Assembly (NCBI GenBank): GCA_036170655.1
Contig: JAVHPP010000027.1
Span: 1-19,271, forward strand
Reading direction: 5' to 3'
Length of the DNA: 19,271 bases
From: Candidatus Zixiibacteriota bacterium
Lineage (GTDB): Bacteria; Zixibacteria; MSB-5A5; WJJR01
Within the stretch, counting starts at the first letter, position 1, and each line of letters opens with the position of its first letter. A program made the translations under genes and the position numbers. Shown in pieces: positions 7,099-15,583 of the stretch. The notes beneath the pieces are model-generated. The model was not told the origin of the DNA. It searched no databases and saw only the letters and a list, made by a program, of their open reading frames with translations.

Positions 7099-9494
7099 GG
7101 TGCCAGCCGGGGAAAACCGTGTTTGCCATTCTGCTCAGACTCAAGAGGATCGCCGCCGCCCGGCTCCGGGAACGGTTTTCACAATTGTCGGAGTCGCCAA
7201 ACTTTCACCGCTGGCGGATGGTGGCGCATGCCACCATGGCGCTGTTTGTGGTCGCGTTGTCCGTGGTGCTTTTCCCCTTCCCCGAACTGTTTGTCCCGCC
7301 GGATTTCCCGCATGTCGGTGACATCGCCCCGGAAAACGTGATTGCGCCGTTTGATTTCCCCGTGATGAAAACACCGGGAGAACTCGAGGCGGAAAGCACC
7401 AGGATCATCGCCGAAACACCGCCGGTTCTCACGTACGATCACCAGATTGCCGACTCAGCGCAGCGCACACTGATGGCGTTCTTCGACCGCGCCGAACGTC
7501 TGTCATCATCGGGAAGCAGCCCCCGTTTGCGGGTCGAACGGCTGGCGACCGCATTCCCCTGGCTGGACGTCTCTGTCCTGCCTCCCCCGCGCAACACGGG
7601 AGGATGGCTCGCCCTCCGCTTTGCCACACAGGACGTCATGAGCCGTCTGTACTCCGTGGGAGTTTTCGCCGACAACCGCTATCTCCCGGGGCCGGACAAT
7701 CCGTTTGTGATCGTCGCTCGCACGCCCGGTGAGATTCCCCTCAAACGAGATCAGATCTTTGACGTTCACGGCGCCAGCGACCGAGTCCGTCGCGAACTCG
7801 CCGAGATCCCCGGCGTTGACTCTCTGGAACAGGATGCCTTGGTCCAGTTCCTCCGCGGACTCCTCTTATCCAATCTCACATTTGATCCGGAGACAACGGA
7901 ACACCGGCGACAGGAAGCGCTGGCGGAAATTCGCCCTTACAAGGTCCGCATTTTTCGCGGGGAACGGATTGTTGCCAAGAACGAACGTGTGACCGCGGTG
8001 CATGCCGAGCGTCTGACCTCGCTGGCCAAGATACGGGCGGAGCAACGGGACGGCCGCAACGCGTTGGGAATCCTCGTGCCGGTCGGGGGGCGGATCATGT
8101 ATGCCCTGCTTTGCATTTTGGGGGTTGCGGGACACCTCTTCTATTTCCGGCGCCGCCTGTGGACCAGGACTTCCGTCATCGTGCTCCTGGCGGTCCTCTG
8201 GGCTGGCGTCCTGCTGGCGGCCCGCTTCGCGCACGCGGCCGGCGGACAGGCGCTCTATCTGATCCCGGTCCCCCTGGCAGCGATTCTGATCACCGTGCTG
8301 CTCGATCTCGGCACGGGCTTGGTATCGACCGTGTTTCTGTCGTTTCTGGTTGGCGTCGTCACCGGCTTCAGTTTCCCCATTTTTTCTCTGGGACTGGCCG
8401 TAGGTCTCACCTCCGCCTACAGCGTGCGGCACATTCGCCGGCGCTATGACTTTTACCGTCCGGCCCTTTATGGCGCGATCGTGTATGCGCTCGGCATTCT
8501 CGTGGTCGAGACGCTGCGCTTCTCCAGCACACAGGTCATCATATCGGCGGTCGGTTATGGCATGCTGAATGCCGTGCTGGGCGCTTTTGTGGCCATCGGT
8601 GTGCTTCCGGTCTTCGAGTCGCTCATGGGATTTACCACCAGCCTGACCTTGCTCGAGTTGTCCAACCTGAATCACCCGCTACTGCGCCGCTTGGCGCTGG
8701 AGGCCCCGGGAACCTATCACCATTCCATGATCATTGGGAATCTGGCGGAATCCGCCGCGGAGAGCATCGGCGCCGATGCCCTCCTGGCACGCGTCGGCGC
8801 TTATTTCCATGACATTGGCAAGATGGAGAAACCCGAGTACTTTGTGGAGAATCAGCAGCACCTGAAGAGCAAACACGAGAAGCTTCCCCCCTCTATGAGC
8901 GCGCTCATCCTGGAATCCCACGTCAAACGCGGACATGAACTGGCGCTGCAATACGATCTGCCGGATGTCGTGATCGATTTCATCGAACAACACCACGGAA
9001 CCACCACGATGTCGTTCTTCTTTCACAAGGCCCAGCAGCAAAACCCCAGCGAACCGGTGAGCGAAGAGGACTTCCGTTACCCTGGCCCCAAACCGCAAAC
9101 CCGCGAAACAGCAATTGTCATGCTGGCGGATTCGGTCGAGGCCGTCAGCCGCACACTCGACGATCCCAAGGCGGCACGGCTGCAGGGTGCCATCAAGACA
9201 GTCATCGAAACCAAGTTCACTGCGGGACAACTCGAGGAGTGTGATCTGACCTTGAAGGATCTGAATCACATTGAGCAGAGCTTCCTGAAGACCTTGTTGG
9301 GGGTCTTCCATTCTCGCATAGACTACCCGTCGCCGATGCGCGACGCAGAACCCGCGCCGCAGACCGGCACGTCACACGGACCGACCATACCGCCGGTCAG
9401 AAAACAACGTGAGAGCGGTGTCAGACAAACCCGCCCAGACGGGCCGGGTCACTCACCCTCAGTTTCCCCTGAAATGGGGACCAATCACTCGTAA
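7095..9494 (+). CDS. 7TM-HD (HDIG) membrane phosphohydrolase, PgpH-like, probable cyclic-di-AMP phosphodiesterase
   Basis: N-terminal TM, large extracytoplasmic domain (GDIAPENVIAPFDF...), about 7 TM helices, then LLELSNLNHPLLRRL, APGTYHHS, HDIGK, YFVENQ, QHHGT, FRYPGPKPQTRETAIVMLADSVEA. GTGA overlap with the phoH stop; alternative start GTG 7119. Confidence 0.9.
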   Translation: MRCQPGKTVFAILLRLKRIAAARLRERFSQLSESPNFHRWRMVAHATMALFVVALSVVLFPFPELFVPPDFPHVGDIAPENVIAPFDFPVMKTPGELEAESTRIIAETPPVLTYDHQIADSAQRTLMAFFDRAERLSSSGSSPRLRVERLATAFPWLDVSVLPPPRNTGGWLALRFATQDVMSRLYSVGVFADNRYLPGPDNPFVIVARTPGEIPLKRDQIFDVHGASDRVRRELAEIPGVDSLEQDALVQFLRGLLLSNLTFDPETTEHRRQEALAEIRPYKVRIFRGERIVAKNERVTAVHAERLTSLAKIRAEQRDGRNALGILVPVGGRIMYALLCILGVAGHLFYFRRRLWTRTSVIVLLAVLWAGVLLAARFAHAAGGQALYLIPVPLAAILITVLLDLGTGLVSTVFLSFLVGVVTGFSFPIFSLGLAVGLTSAYSVRHIRRRYDFYRPALYGAIVYALGILVVETLRFSSTQVIISAVGYGMLNAVLGAFVAIGVLPVFESLMGFTTSLTLLELSNLNHPLLRRLALEAPGTYHHSMIIGNLAESAAESIGADALLARVGAYFHDIGKMEKPEYFVENQQHLKSKHEKLPPSMSALILESHVKRGHELALQYDLPDVVIDFIEQHHGTTTMSFFFHKAQQQNPSEPVSEEDFRYPGPKPQTRETAIVMLADSVEAVSRTLDDPKAARLQGAIKTVIETKFTAGQLEECDLTLKDLNHIEQSFLKTLLGVFHSRIDYPSPMRDAEPAPQTGTSHGPTIPPVRKQRESGVRQTRPDGPGHSPSVSPEMGTNHS

Positions 9495-9496
9495 CC

Positions 9497-10024
9497 ATGA
9501 CAACAGCGTCTGCACGGACAGCGGCGGGACGCCACCGGAAGCATCGCGGCCAGTTGTGCCCTTGGACTGTGATCGTCGAGCGGGGCATCACACACGGACA
9601 GATTCCCCGCCAGTCGATCCAACGCGCGCTCACCCATGTCGGGCACGGGGAGCAACAACGCGGGATCGTGAGGGTCATCGTGGTTGACGACGACCGGATG
9701 CAGCAGTTGAACAGGGACTTCCTGGGAAGGGACCGCGTGACTGATGTGCTGGCGTTTCCGCTGGAAAACACACATTCTGTCTTTTGGGAAGAGGGTTTAA
9801 TCGGTGAAATCTACTGTGGCTACGATCATGCAATACGTTGGCGCCGGGAACACGGAGGAACAATCAGGGCCGAGCTTTGCCGGCTGGCCGTGCATGGCTG
9901 CCTGCACCTCTTTGGCTACGACCATCACAGCGAACAAGACCAGCGCCGAATGGCCGCCGCAGAAAACCGCTATCTGGCGGAGGCCGGATTGATCAGTTCC
10001 CGTGTGCTGGCACAAATCAGGTAA
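9497..10024 (+). CDS. ybeY: rRNA maturation endoribonuclease YbeY
   Basis: MQQLNRDFLGRDRVTDVLAFP, GEIY and the H3xH5xH zinc motif HGCLHLFGYDH. Canonical position after phoH/HD gene. Exact start uncertain. Confidence 0.93.
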   Translation: MTTASARTAAGRHRKHRGQLCPWTVIVERGITHGQIPRQSIQRALTHVGHGEQQRGIVRVIVVDDDRMQQLNRDFLGRDRVTDVLAFPLENTHSVFWEEGLIGEIYCGYDHAIRWRREHGGTIRAELCRLAVHGCLHLFGYDHHSEQDQRRMAAAENRYLAEAGLISSRVLAQIR

Positions 10025-11310
10025 TGTTTGTCGAATTCCTCATAGCCGCCGCCTGTCTGGCCTCTCTCCTCTGGGTGACACACCTGAGTGCAAGGGTCAC
10101 CCTTCACCTGTTCGCGCTGGCGGACGAGGTTGAATCCCTGCAAGGGAAGGATGGCAGGCGGAGGTTGCGTCTCTTGGAAGCCTTCACCCGCAGTCCCCAA
10201 GATGTTGTCTTAGCGGCGGATCTGTTCCATTCACTGGCTTTTCTCGCAGAAGCGGTGGTGATCGTCTGGGCCATCCCCCGCTGGTCGGCGCAGACCAGCC
10301 TGCCTTTGCTTCCGGCGCTGGTCGCAGCACTGATCCTTGTCTGGATTGCGCACACACTGGTCAGCGAGGTCCTTCCCAAATCCCCGACGGCCACCGGGTA
10401 CGGTTTACGGAAAAACGAGGGGACCGCAACGCTGACGCTTGTCTGGCTGGTTCTCGGGCCACTGGTCGCCTTCGCACAGACGCTGTCCCGTCGGCATCCA
10501 GTCACTCCACGGACTGCTGGAGAACGCGAAGAGATCGTGGAACGTGCGCTGGAGTCCTTATCTGAGTCCACAGGCCTGCAGGAGCCGGTCATCGAGGACG
10601 ATGAGCGCGAGATGATCCAAGGGGTCATTGGACTTGAGCACACTGAAGTGCGTGAACTTATGGTTCCGCGCGTCAACATCATTGCCATCGAAGCCGGGGC
10701 GCCGGTGGAAGATGTGCGCCGCCTGACCCGTGAATGGGGACACTCGCGGCTGCCGGTCTATGACGGAGACCTCGATTCCATCATCGGCATCCTCTATGTC
10801 AAGGACATGTTCTGCGCGCTACAGGATGCCGGAAACGTGAATCTGGCGACTCTGGCACGGCGCGCGTTCGTGGTCCCGGAGACAAAGAAGGTCGATGCGT
10901 TACTGGAAGAGTTCAAACGACGCAAGACACATATCGCCATCGTCGCCGACGAGTTCGGAGGGACTGCCGGGCTTATCTCCCTGGAGGACATTCTGGAGGA
11001 AATCGTTGGCGAGATCGAGGATGAACATGACCGCGGCCGCTCCCCCATCGAGCGCTTGGGAAATGGAATCATTCGGGTCGACGGGGTTGTCCCTCTCAGC
11101 GAAATCGCGGAGGCCATGGAGACGAATCTCCCAGAACATAAATTCGAGACGATCGGCGGTCTGATCTACGATAAGGTCGGCGGCATTCCCGAGGTCGGAG
11201 TGTCCATCCAAGAGTTCGGCCTCACCTTGACCATCGAAGAGATGGATGGCCAACGCATTCGGCGCGTTAGGGTTAGCCGCGCCCACTCCCCGGCTGGGCA
11301 GAATTCCTGA
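10024..11310 (+). CDS. Hemolysin/CorC (TlyC, CNNM-like) membrane protein: TM domain + CBS pair + CorC_HlyC domain
   Basis: ATG 10024 overlaps the ybeY stop (TAATG). SEVLPKS, EREMIQGV, VRELMVPR, HSRLPVYDGDLDSIIGILYVKD, FVVPETK, AIVADEFGGTAGLISLEDILEEIVGEIEDEHD, ETIGG. Confidence 0.92.
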   Translation: MFVEFLIAAACLASLLWVTHLSARVTLHLFALADEVESLQGKDGRRRLRLLEAFTRSPQDVVLAADLFHSLAFLAEAVVIVWAIPRWSAQTSLPLLPALVAALILVWIAHTLVSEVLPKSPTATGYGLRKNEGTATLTLVWLVLGPLVAFAQTLSRRHPVTPRTAGEREEIVERALESLSESTGLQEPVIEDDEREMIQGVIGLEHTEVRELMVPRVNIIAIEAGAPVEDVRRLTREWGHSRLPVYDGDLDSIIGILYVKDMFCALQDAGNVNLATLARRAFVVPETKKVDALLEEFKRRKTHIAIVADEFGGTAGLISLEDILEEIVGEIEDEHDRGRSPIERLGNGIIRVDGVVPLSEIAEAMETNLPEHKFETIGGLIYDKVGGIPEVGVSIQEFGLTLTIEEMDGQRIRRVRVSRAHSPAGQNS

Positions 11311-11443
11311 AACTCTCCTTTCAAGACAAACACATCCCCAACCACCTGCGTTATTGCCACCAAGCGCCCCGGAATATCTACACGGGGGGGAAGTCTGTAT
11401 GTTTTATTCCATGGCGCTATGAGCCCGTCGCCGAGGAGTTGAG

Positions 11444-11656
11444 ATGCCATTATTCGATTATCGCTGTAAAGGTTGCGGGGATGTCTTCGAGGAACTTGTT
11501 CTCTCACCGAAGGCGGAACAGTTTCTCAGTTGTCCGAAGTGCGGGTCGAAATCGCTGGAGCGGAAAATGGCTCCGTTTGCGGTCGGAAGAAGCAAGCCCA
11601 GCCCCAGACCTTCGTGTGGTGGTGGGTCCTGCTCTTCCTGTCAATTTGATGATTAG
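11444..11656 (+). CDS. FmdB-family small zinc-ribbon protein
   Basis: MPLFDYRCKGCGDVFEEL...CPKCGS...CGGGSCSSC matches the family pattern MP.Y/F.Y.C..CG..FE. Strong SD GAGGAG upstream. Confidence 0.9.
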   Translation: MPLFDYRCKGCGDVFEELVLSPKAEQFLSCPKCGSKSLERKMAPFAVGRSKPSPRPSCGGGSCSSCQFDD

Positions 11657-11693
11657 TGTCCGGTCATGGACTCGGCCTCGTGGGATGAGACAC

Positions 11694-12257
11694 ATGGATC
11701 AGCTTGACCTCTTTGCCCTTCAGTTTTCGCACCTGCCCGCGGAACGGGAATTGGCCCGCCGGTTCGACGCGTTCAATCGGCGCTACTTCAACGGGACTCT
11801 CCCCCCGACCACGGTCCGCTGGTCATCACGCATGCGGATTGCCGGCACCTGTGACAGTCAACACCGGTTGATTGCACTCTCGGTCATGTACCACATGCAT
11901 TTTCCGGAGGACATCGACGACACTCTGAAACATGAGATGATTCACCTGAAGTACCACAGCCATGGGACGATCTTCCGCCGTGAGGCCGAACGTGTAGGGG
12001 CAACACTCCACTGCAAAGAGTACCCCGGGCTGCATCCGCATGCGCGCTTCGTTTACATCTGTCCGAACTGCCGGACCCTGTTCCACCGGACCAAGCGGGA
12101 GCGGCTCTACTGCGGCCAGTGTGCGCGTGACCGGCTCGATCCGCGGTTTATGCTGGTTCTCCGTCGGCCGACGTCGAGACGGCGTGTGGTGATGGCGATC
12201 GCCGCGAAGCGTCCCGCCCAGACACGGCCAAGACGGCAGCCCCGCCAGACGAAATAG
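11694..12257 (+). CDS. SprT-like zinc metalloprotease with C-terminal zinc ribbon and basic tail
   Basis: FNRRYFNGTLP, WSSRMRIAG, TLKHEMIH (HExxH), HGTIFRRE, YICPNC...YCGQC. Start ATG 11694 (or 11685); the track's extension to 11439 overlaps the FmdB gene. Confidence 0.88.
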   Translation: MDQLDLFALQFSHLPAERELARRFDAFNRRYFNGTLPPTTVRWSSRMRIAGTCDSQHRLIALSVMYHMHFPEDIDDTLKHEMIHLKYHSHGTIFRREAERVGATLHCKEYPGLHPHARFVYICPNCRTLFHRTKRERLYCGQCARDRLDPRFMLVLRRPTSRRRVVMAIAAKRPAQTRPRRQPRQTK

Positions 12258-12349
12258 CATCATCCCAAAGACGGCGGGCGTGTCCGCACCCGTCGAGGCG
12301 TTCACTTTTCTGCGGCATCCCCTTTAGTGCTGCCGCTGCCCGTGGCCAC

Positions 12350-12748
12350 ATGAATATCTCGTACCGAGTGGAGCACAACGTTGACGCGCACGAAGTCGCG
12401 GAATTGTATCGCAGCGCGGGGCTTCGCCGGCCTGTGGATGATCTGTCCCGGATCGGTCGGATGATCGCCAACGCGAATCTCATCATTTGCGCCCGTGACG
12501 GCACCAAGCTCGTCGGCATCGCACGCGCCCTCACCGATTTCAGCTACTGCTGCTACCTGTCCGATCTGGCGGTCGATCCGGACTACCAGCGGCTGGGCAT
12601 CGGCCGGGAGCTGATCGAACGAACCCGCGCCGCCATCGGTGATGAGTCAATGCTCCTGCTCTTGGCCTCGCCGGAAGCCCAGAACTACTATCCGCACATC
12701 GGCTTCGAAGCAGTCCACAACGGCTGGATCATCGCGCGCGCACACTGA
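12350..12748 (+). CDS. GNAT family N-acetyltransferase
   Basis: LVGIARALTDFSYCCYLSDLAVDPDYQRLGIGRELI (acetyl-CoA motif A, QxxGxG) and YYPHIGF. Confidence 0.92.
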   Translation: MNISYRVEHNVDAHEVAELYRSAGLRRPVDDLSRIGRMIANANLIICARDGTKLVGIARALTDFSYCCYLSDLAVDPDYQRLGIGRELIERTRAAIGDESMLLLLASPEAQNYYPHIGFEAVHNGWIIARAH

Positions 12749-12752
12749 TCAG

Positions 12753-12781
12753 TTGCAATGGCAGTCCTGCGATCCTATATT
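12753..12781 (+). promoter_or_regulatory. Sigma70-type promoter for the TPR-bshB1 genes
   Basis: TTGCAA (12753-12758), 17-nt spacer, TATATT (12776-12781), in the intergenic gap 47 nt upstream of ATG 12829. Confidence 0.6.
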
Positions 12782-12828
12782 GTTTGAGCGTCTCAGCGCA
12801 GGCCGGGGCGCAGTACGGAGCACGAACG

Positions 12829-13314
12829 ATGACACGGCGCAAGCGGCTGCAGAACGCGGAAAAGTTCCTGGTGATGGGACATGATTTCCAGACATCGGGG
12901 TTCTACCGCGACGCGGCGCATTACTACAGGAAGTCGATCAAGATGTATCCGACGGCGGAGGCATACACCTACCTCGGCTGGGTGCAGTCGTTCATGGGAG
13001 ACTTTGCCCAAGCGATCGAGTACTGCAAAATCGCCTTGTCGCTCGATCCGGATTTTGGCAACGCCTGCAACGACATCGGCGCCTACTTCCTCGAGCTCGG
13101 CGAGGTCGATCAGGCCATTCCCTACCTGGCTCGCGCCGCCAAGGCTCGCCGCTACGACAAGCCGCACTTCGCGCACTACAACCTTGGACGCGCCTGGGAA
13201 CAAAAGCGCGACTTCACCAAGGCCATCCACGAGTACAAGAGCGCGCTCGATCTGTCCCCGGAATACGAACCGGCCAAGATGGCTTATTACAAGCTGGTTC
13301 GCTTGATGAATTGA
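12829..13314 (+). CDS. Small cytoplasmic tetratricopeptide repeat protein (~4 TPRs)
   Basis: AEAYTYLGW...AIEYCKIALSLDPDFGNACNDIGAY...AHYNLGRAW...AIHEYKSALDLSPEY. GGAG at 12817-12820 precedes ATG 12829. Confidence 0.88.
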   Translation: MTRRKRLQNAEKFLVMGHDFQTSGFYRDAAHYYRKSIKMYPTAEAYTYLGWVQSFMGDFAQAIEYCKIALSLDPDFGNACNDIGAYFLELGEVDQAIPYLARAAKARRYDKPHFAHYNLGRAWEQKRDFTKAIHEYKSALDLSPEYEPAKMAYYKLVRLMN

Positions 13315-13359
13315 GCAGCCGCGCAAGGCGTCTGCCCAGCGCGGCGGTACTTTCGGGAC

Positions 13360-14112
13360 ATGAGTTCCACGCAGAAGACCAGACCTCATCCACCGGCGAA
13401 GACTTATGACGCCATCGCCATCGGCGCACACCCGGACGACGTGGAAGTGGGCACGGGGGGCGTGCTGTGCAAGCTCAGCGACCTTGGCTATAAGACGGGA
13501 ATCATCTATCTCACCGAGGGCGAAATGGGTACCGGCGGGAACCGCGCGGTGCGGCGACGGGAGGCCGAAGAAGCAGCGGCGATCATGGGCGCCCACATCC
13601 TCAAACGCTTCGACTGGGGCGACACCCGTTTGACAGACACGTACGAACGTCGTCTCCAAATCGCCCGCCTGATCCGTCGCTTTCGTCCGCGCATCATCTT
13701 TGCGCCTCACTGGGATGGATTCACCGGGCGGCGTCAGTCTCACCCAGATCATCTGGCCACGGGACGGATCGTCATGAACGCCGCCAACCTCGCATCGCTG
13801 GTCAAGCTCGGTGGCAACCACGGCGCCCACTGGGTCGGCGCCCTCTATCATTTTTTTGCGCCCTCCGGTGTCAATCCGTCCTTTGTAATCGACATCACAC
13901 CGCAGTTTGAACGCTGGATGGCCGCGCTGTCGGCCCACCAGTCGCAGTTTCTTAATCCCAAGAAATCGCGCGACTACCTGTGGTCGCTCGAAACGATGGC
14001 ACGTTCCTTCGGTTCCCGGATCGGCGTGAAGTACGGGCAGGGATTTGTCTCGGCCGAACCCTTGCGTATCGAAGACCCCATGTCATTGGTCCAGAGCAGG
14101 CAAGTGGCCTGA
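13360..14112 (+). CDS. bshB1: PIG-L/LmbE family deacetylase, most like bacillithiol biosynthesis deacetylase BshB1
   Basis: GAHPDDVEVGTGG, LTEGEMGTGG, RRREAEEAA, IRRFRP, HPDH, PSFVIDIT, AHQSQF, GSRIGVKYGQGF. Family is secure; substrate is inferred. Confidence 0.78.
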   Translation: MSSTQKTRPHPPAKTYDAIAIGAHPDDVEVGTGGVLCKLSDLGYKTGIIYLTEGEMGTGGNRAVRRREAEEAAAIMGAHILKRFDWGDTRLTDTYERRLQIARLIRRFRPRIIFAPHWDGFTGRRQSHPDHLATGRIVMNAANLASLVKLGGNHGAHWVGALYHFFAPSGVNPSFVIDITPQFERWMAALSAHQSQFLNPKKSRDYLWSLETMARSFGSRIGVKYGQGFVSAEPLRIEDPMSLVQSRQVA

Positions 14113-14264
14113 GCGGTCTGTCACTATTCCGTGTTCGGAACATCACGAGACCGCGGGACGAACGAATTTCCCCGCCGTCGCGGCGAGTTGAGGGTATATT
14201 TGGTTGATGCGATTTCCGCTTGGCATCGCAAGAACTTCCTGACATGAGCGCGTGAGGATATGAG

Positions 14265-15563
14265 ATGAAAAGATACTGGTGGATCGGTGTGATCGTGGTC
14301 GTCGCCGGAGCAGGAGCTTGGTGGCAATTCGCGGGGCGAACCACTGACACAAAGGCCAGCGCTTTTGTGCGCACGGCCCTGGTCCACAGAGGCGATCTCG
14401 TGGTCTCGATTACGGCCACGGGACATATCGACCCGATTGAGCAAGTTGATGTTAAGTCGAAGGCGTCAGGCGAGATCATTGAACTCCCGATCCAGGAGAG
14501 CGATTACGTAAGAAAAGGCGATCTCATCGCCCGTCTCGACCGGACGACCGCCCAAAACGACTACGACCAAACACAGGCCGATTTTGCCGTTGCTGAAGTC
14601 ACCCGTGAGCAGCGACAACGGGAAATGGAACGTCAGCAATCCCTGTTCGACAAGGGTCTGTCTCCGCAAAGCGATCTCGACAATGCCCGGCTGGCCTTCG
14701 AACAGGCCAATTCCCAGTTGATGCGCGCCAAGGCGGCGCTCTCGACATACAAGGAACGGCTTCAGGATACAGAGATTCACTCGCCCATTGATGGGATTGT
14801 GCTGAGCCGTCCTGTCGAAATCGGGCAGATCATTTCATCCGGGACGACCACGGTCACCGGCGGAACCCTCCTCTGCACGATCGCCAACATGACCAAAGTG
14901 TATGTCGTTGCGGATGTCGATGAAACCGACATCGGGAAGGTCGAGGTGGGATTGACCGCGACGATCACGGCCGACTCGTACCCGGACCGTCACCTTGAAG
15001 GGACTGTGCTGCGCATCGCCCCGCTCGCCAAGGTGCAGCAGAATGTCACGATGTTTGAAGTTACGACGCTGGTTGATAATGCCGCTGCGTTGCTGAAAGC
15101 CGGCATGAATGCGTCGGTTGAGGTCGTCACCGCCCGGACCGAAGATGCCCTGATGATTCCGGTCGTGGCGGTTGACAAGATGCCGAATCCGGCGGCGCCC
15201 AAAGTGACCGACACGGGAACATCACCGGGAAGCGGGAGTCCCCAGATGGCTCAGCGGCCTGGAGGCGCGGCATCACGCGACGGGGCGCACGCGGAAACGG
15301 CCTCCCCCGGTATGGCGAACAATGGGCCGTCTCATTCAAGGGGACCGTCCCCTGCGGTGCAAGTTCGGCGCAACGGCACCGTCAGTTGGGTGCCGATCAA
15401 GACCGGCTTGTCGAACCTCGACGATATTGTTGTTCTCGAAGGACTGGCGGAGGGTGACACAGTAGTTTACAGTCTGACGTCGGGCGCCATGCGCGATCGG
15501 CAGGCGATGGTCGACCGCATGCGAACCATGAATACGGTCCCGGGAATGAAACGGACCAACTGA
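14265..15563 (+). CDS. MacA-like periplasmic adaptor (membrane fusion protein)
   Basis: N-terminal anchor helix, RGDLVVSITATG, VDVKSKASGEI, alpha-hairpin, IHSPIDGIVL, VDETDIGKV, KAGMNASV, TGLSN...VLEGLAEGD. GAGGA SD. Confidence 0.92.
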   Translation: MKRYWWIGVIVVVAGAGAWWQFAGRTTDTKASAFVRTALVHRGDLVVSITATGHIDPIEQVDVKSKASGEIIELPIQESDYVRKGDLIARLDRTTAQNDYDQTQADFAVAEVTREQRQREMERQQSLFDKGLSPQSDLDNARLAFEQANSQLMRAKAALSTYKERLQDTEIHSPIDGIVLSRPVEIGQIISSGTTTVTGGTLLCTIANMTKVYVVADVDETDIGKVEVGLTATITADSYPDRHLEGTVLRIAPLAKVQQNVTMFEVTTLVDNAAALLKAGMNASVEVVTARTEDALMIPVVAVDKMPNPAAPKVTDTGTSPGSGSPQMAQRPGGAASRDGAHAETASPGMANNGPSHSRGPSPAVQVRRNGTVSWVPIKTGLSNLDDIVVLEGLAEGDTVVYSLTSGAMRDRQAMVDRMRTMNTVPGMKRTN

Positions 15564-15583
15564 CCGGTCGCAACGGGGATTGC

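Noticed and set aside
7866..9311. Minus-strand ORFs of 269 and 210 aa (also 17032-17835, 267 aa)
   Set aside because: Antisense to strongly supported genes; no motifs.
9838..10023. N-terminal extension of the CorC/hemolysin ORF
   Set aside because: Overlaps the ybeY catalytic region; the TAATG coupling at 10022-10026 gives a better start.
11439..11693. N-terminal extension of the SprT ORF as a dual-coding region
   Set aside because: Fully overlaps the FmdB gene, whose ATG is correctly spaced from the SD; the extension is not protein-like.
12270..12310. GC-rich hairpin after the SprT gene as an intrinsic terminator
   Set aside because: Imperfect stem, and the short T-run is more than 10 nt away.
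12793..13938. 381-aa minus-strand ORF
   Set aside because: Antisense shadow of the well-supported TPR and bshB1-like genes; no recognisable motifs; long shadow ORFs are expected at this GC content.
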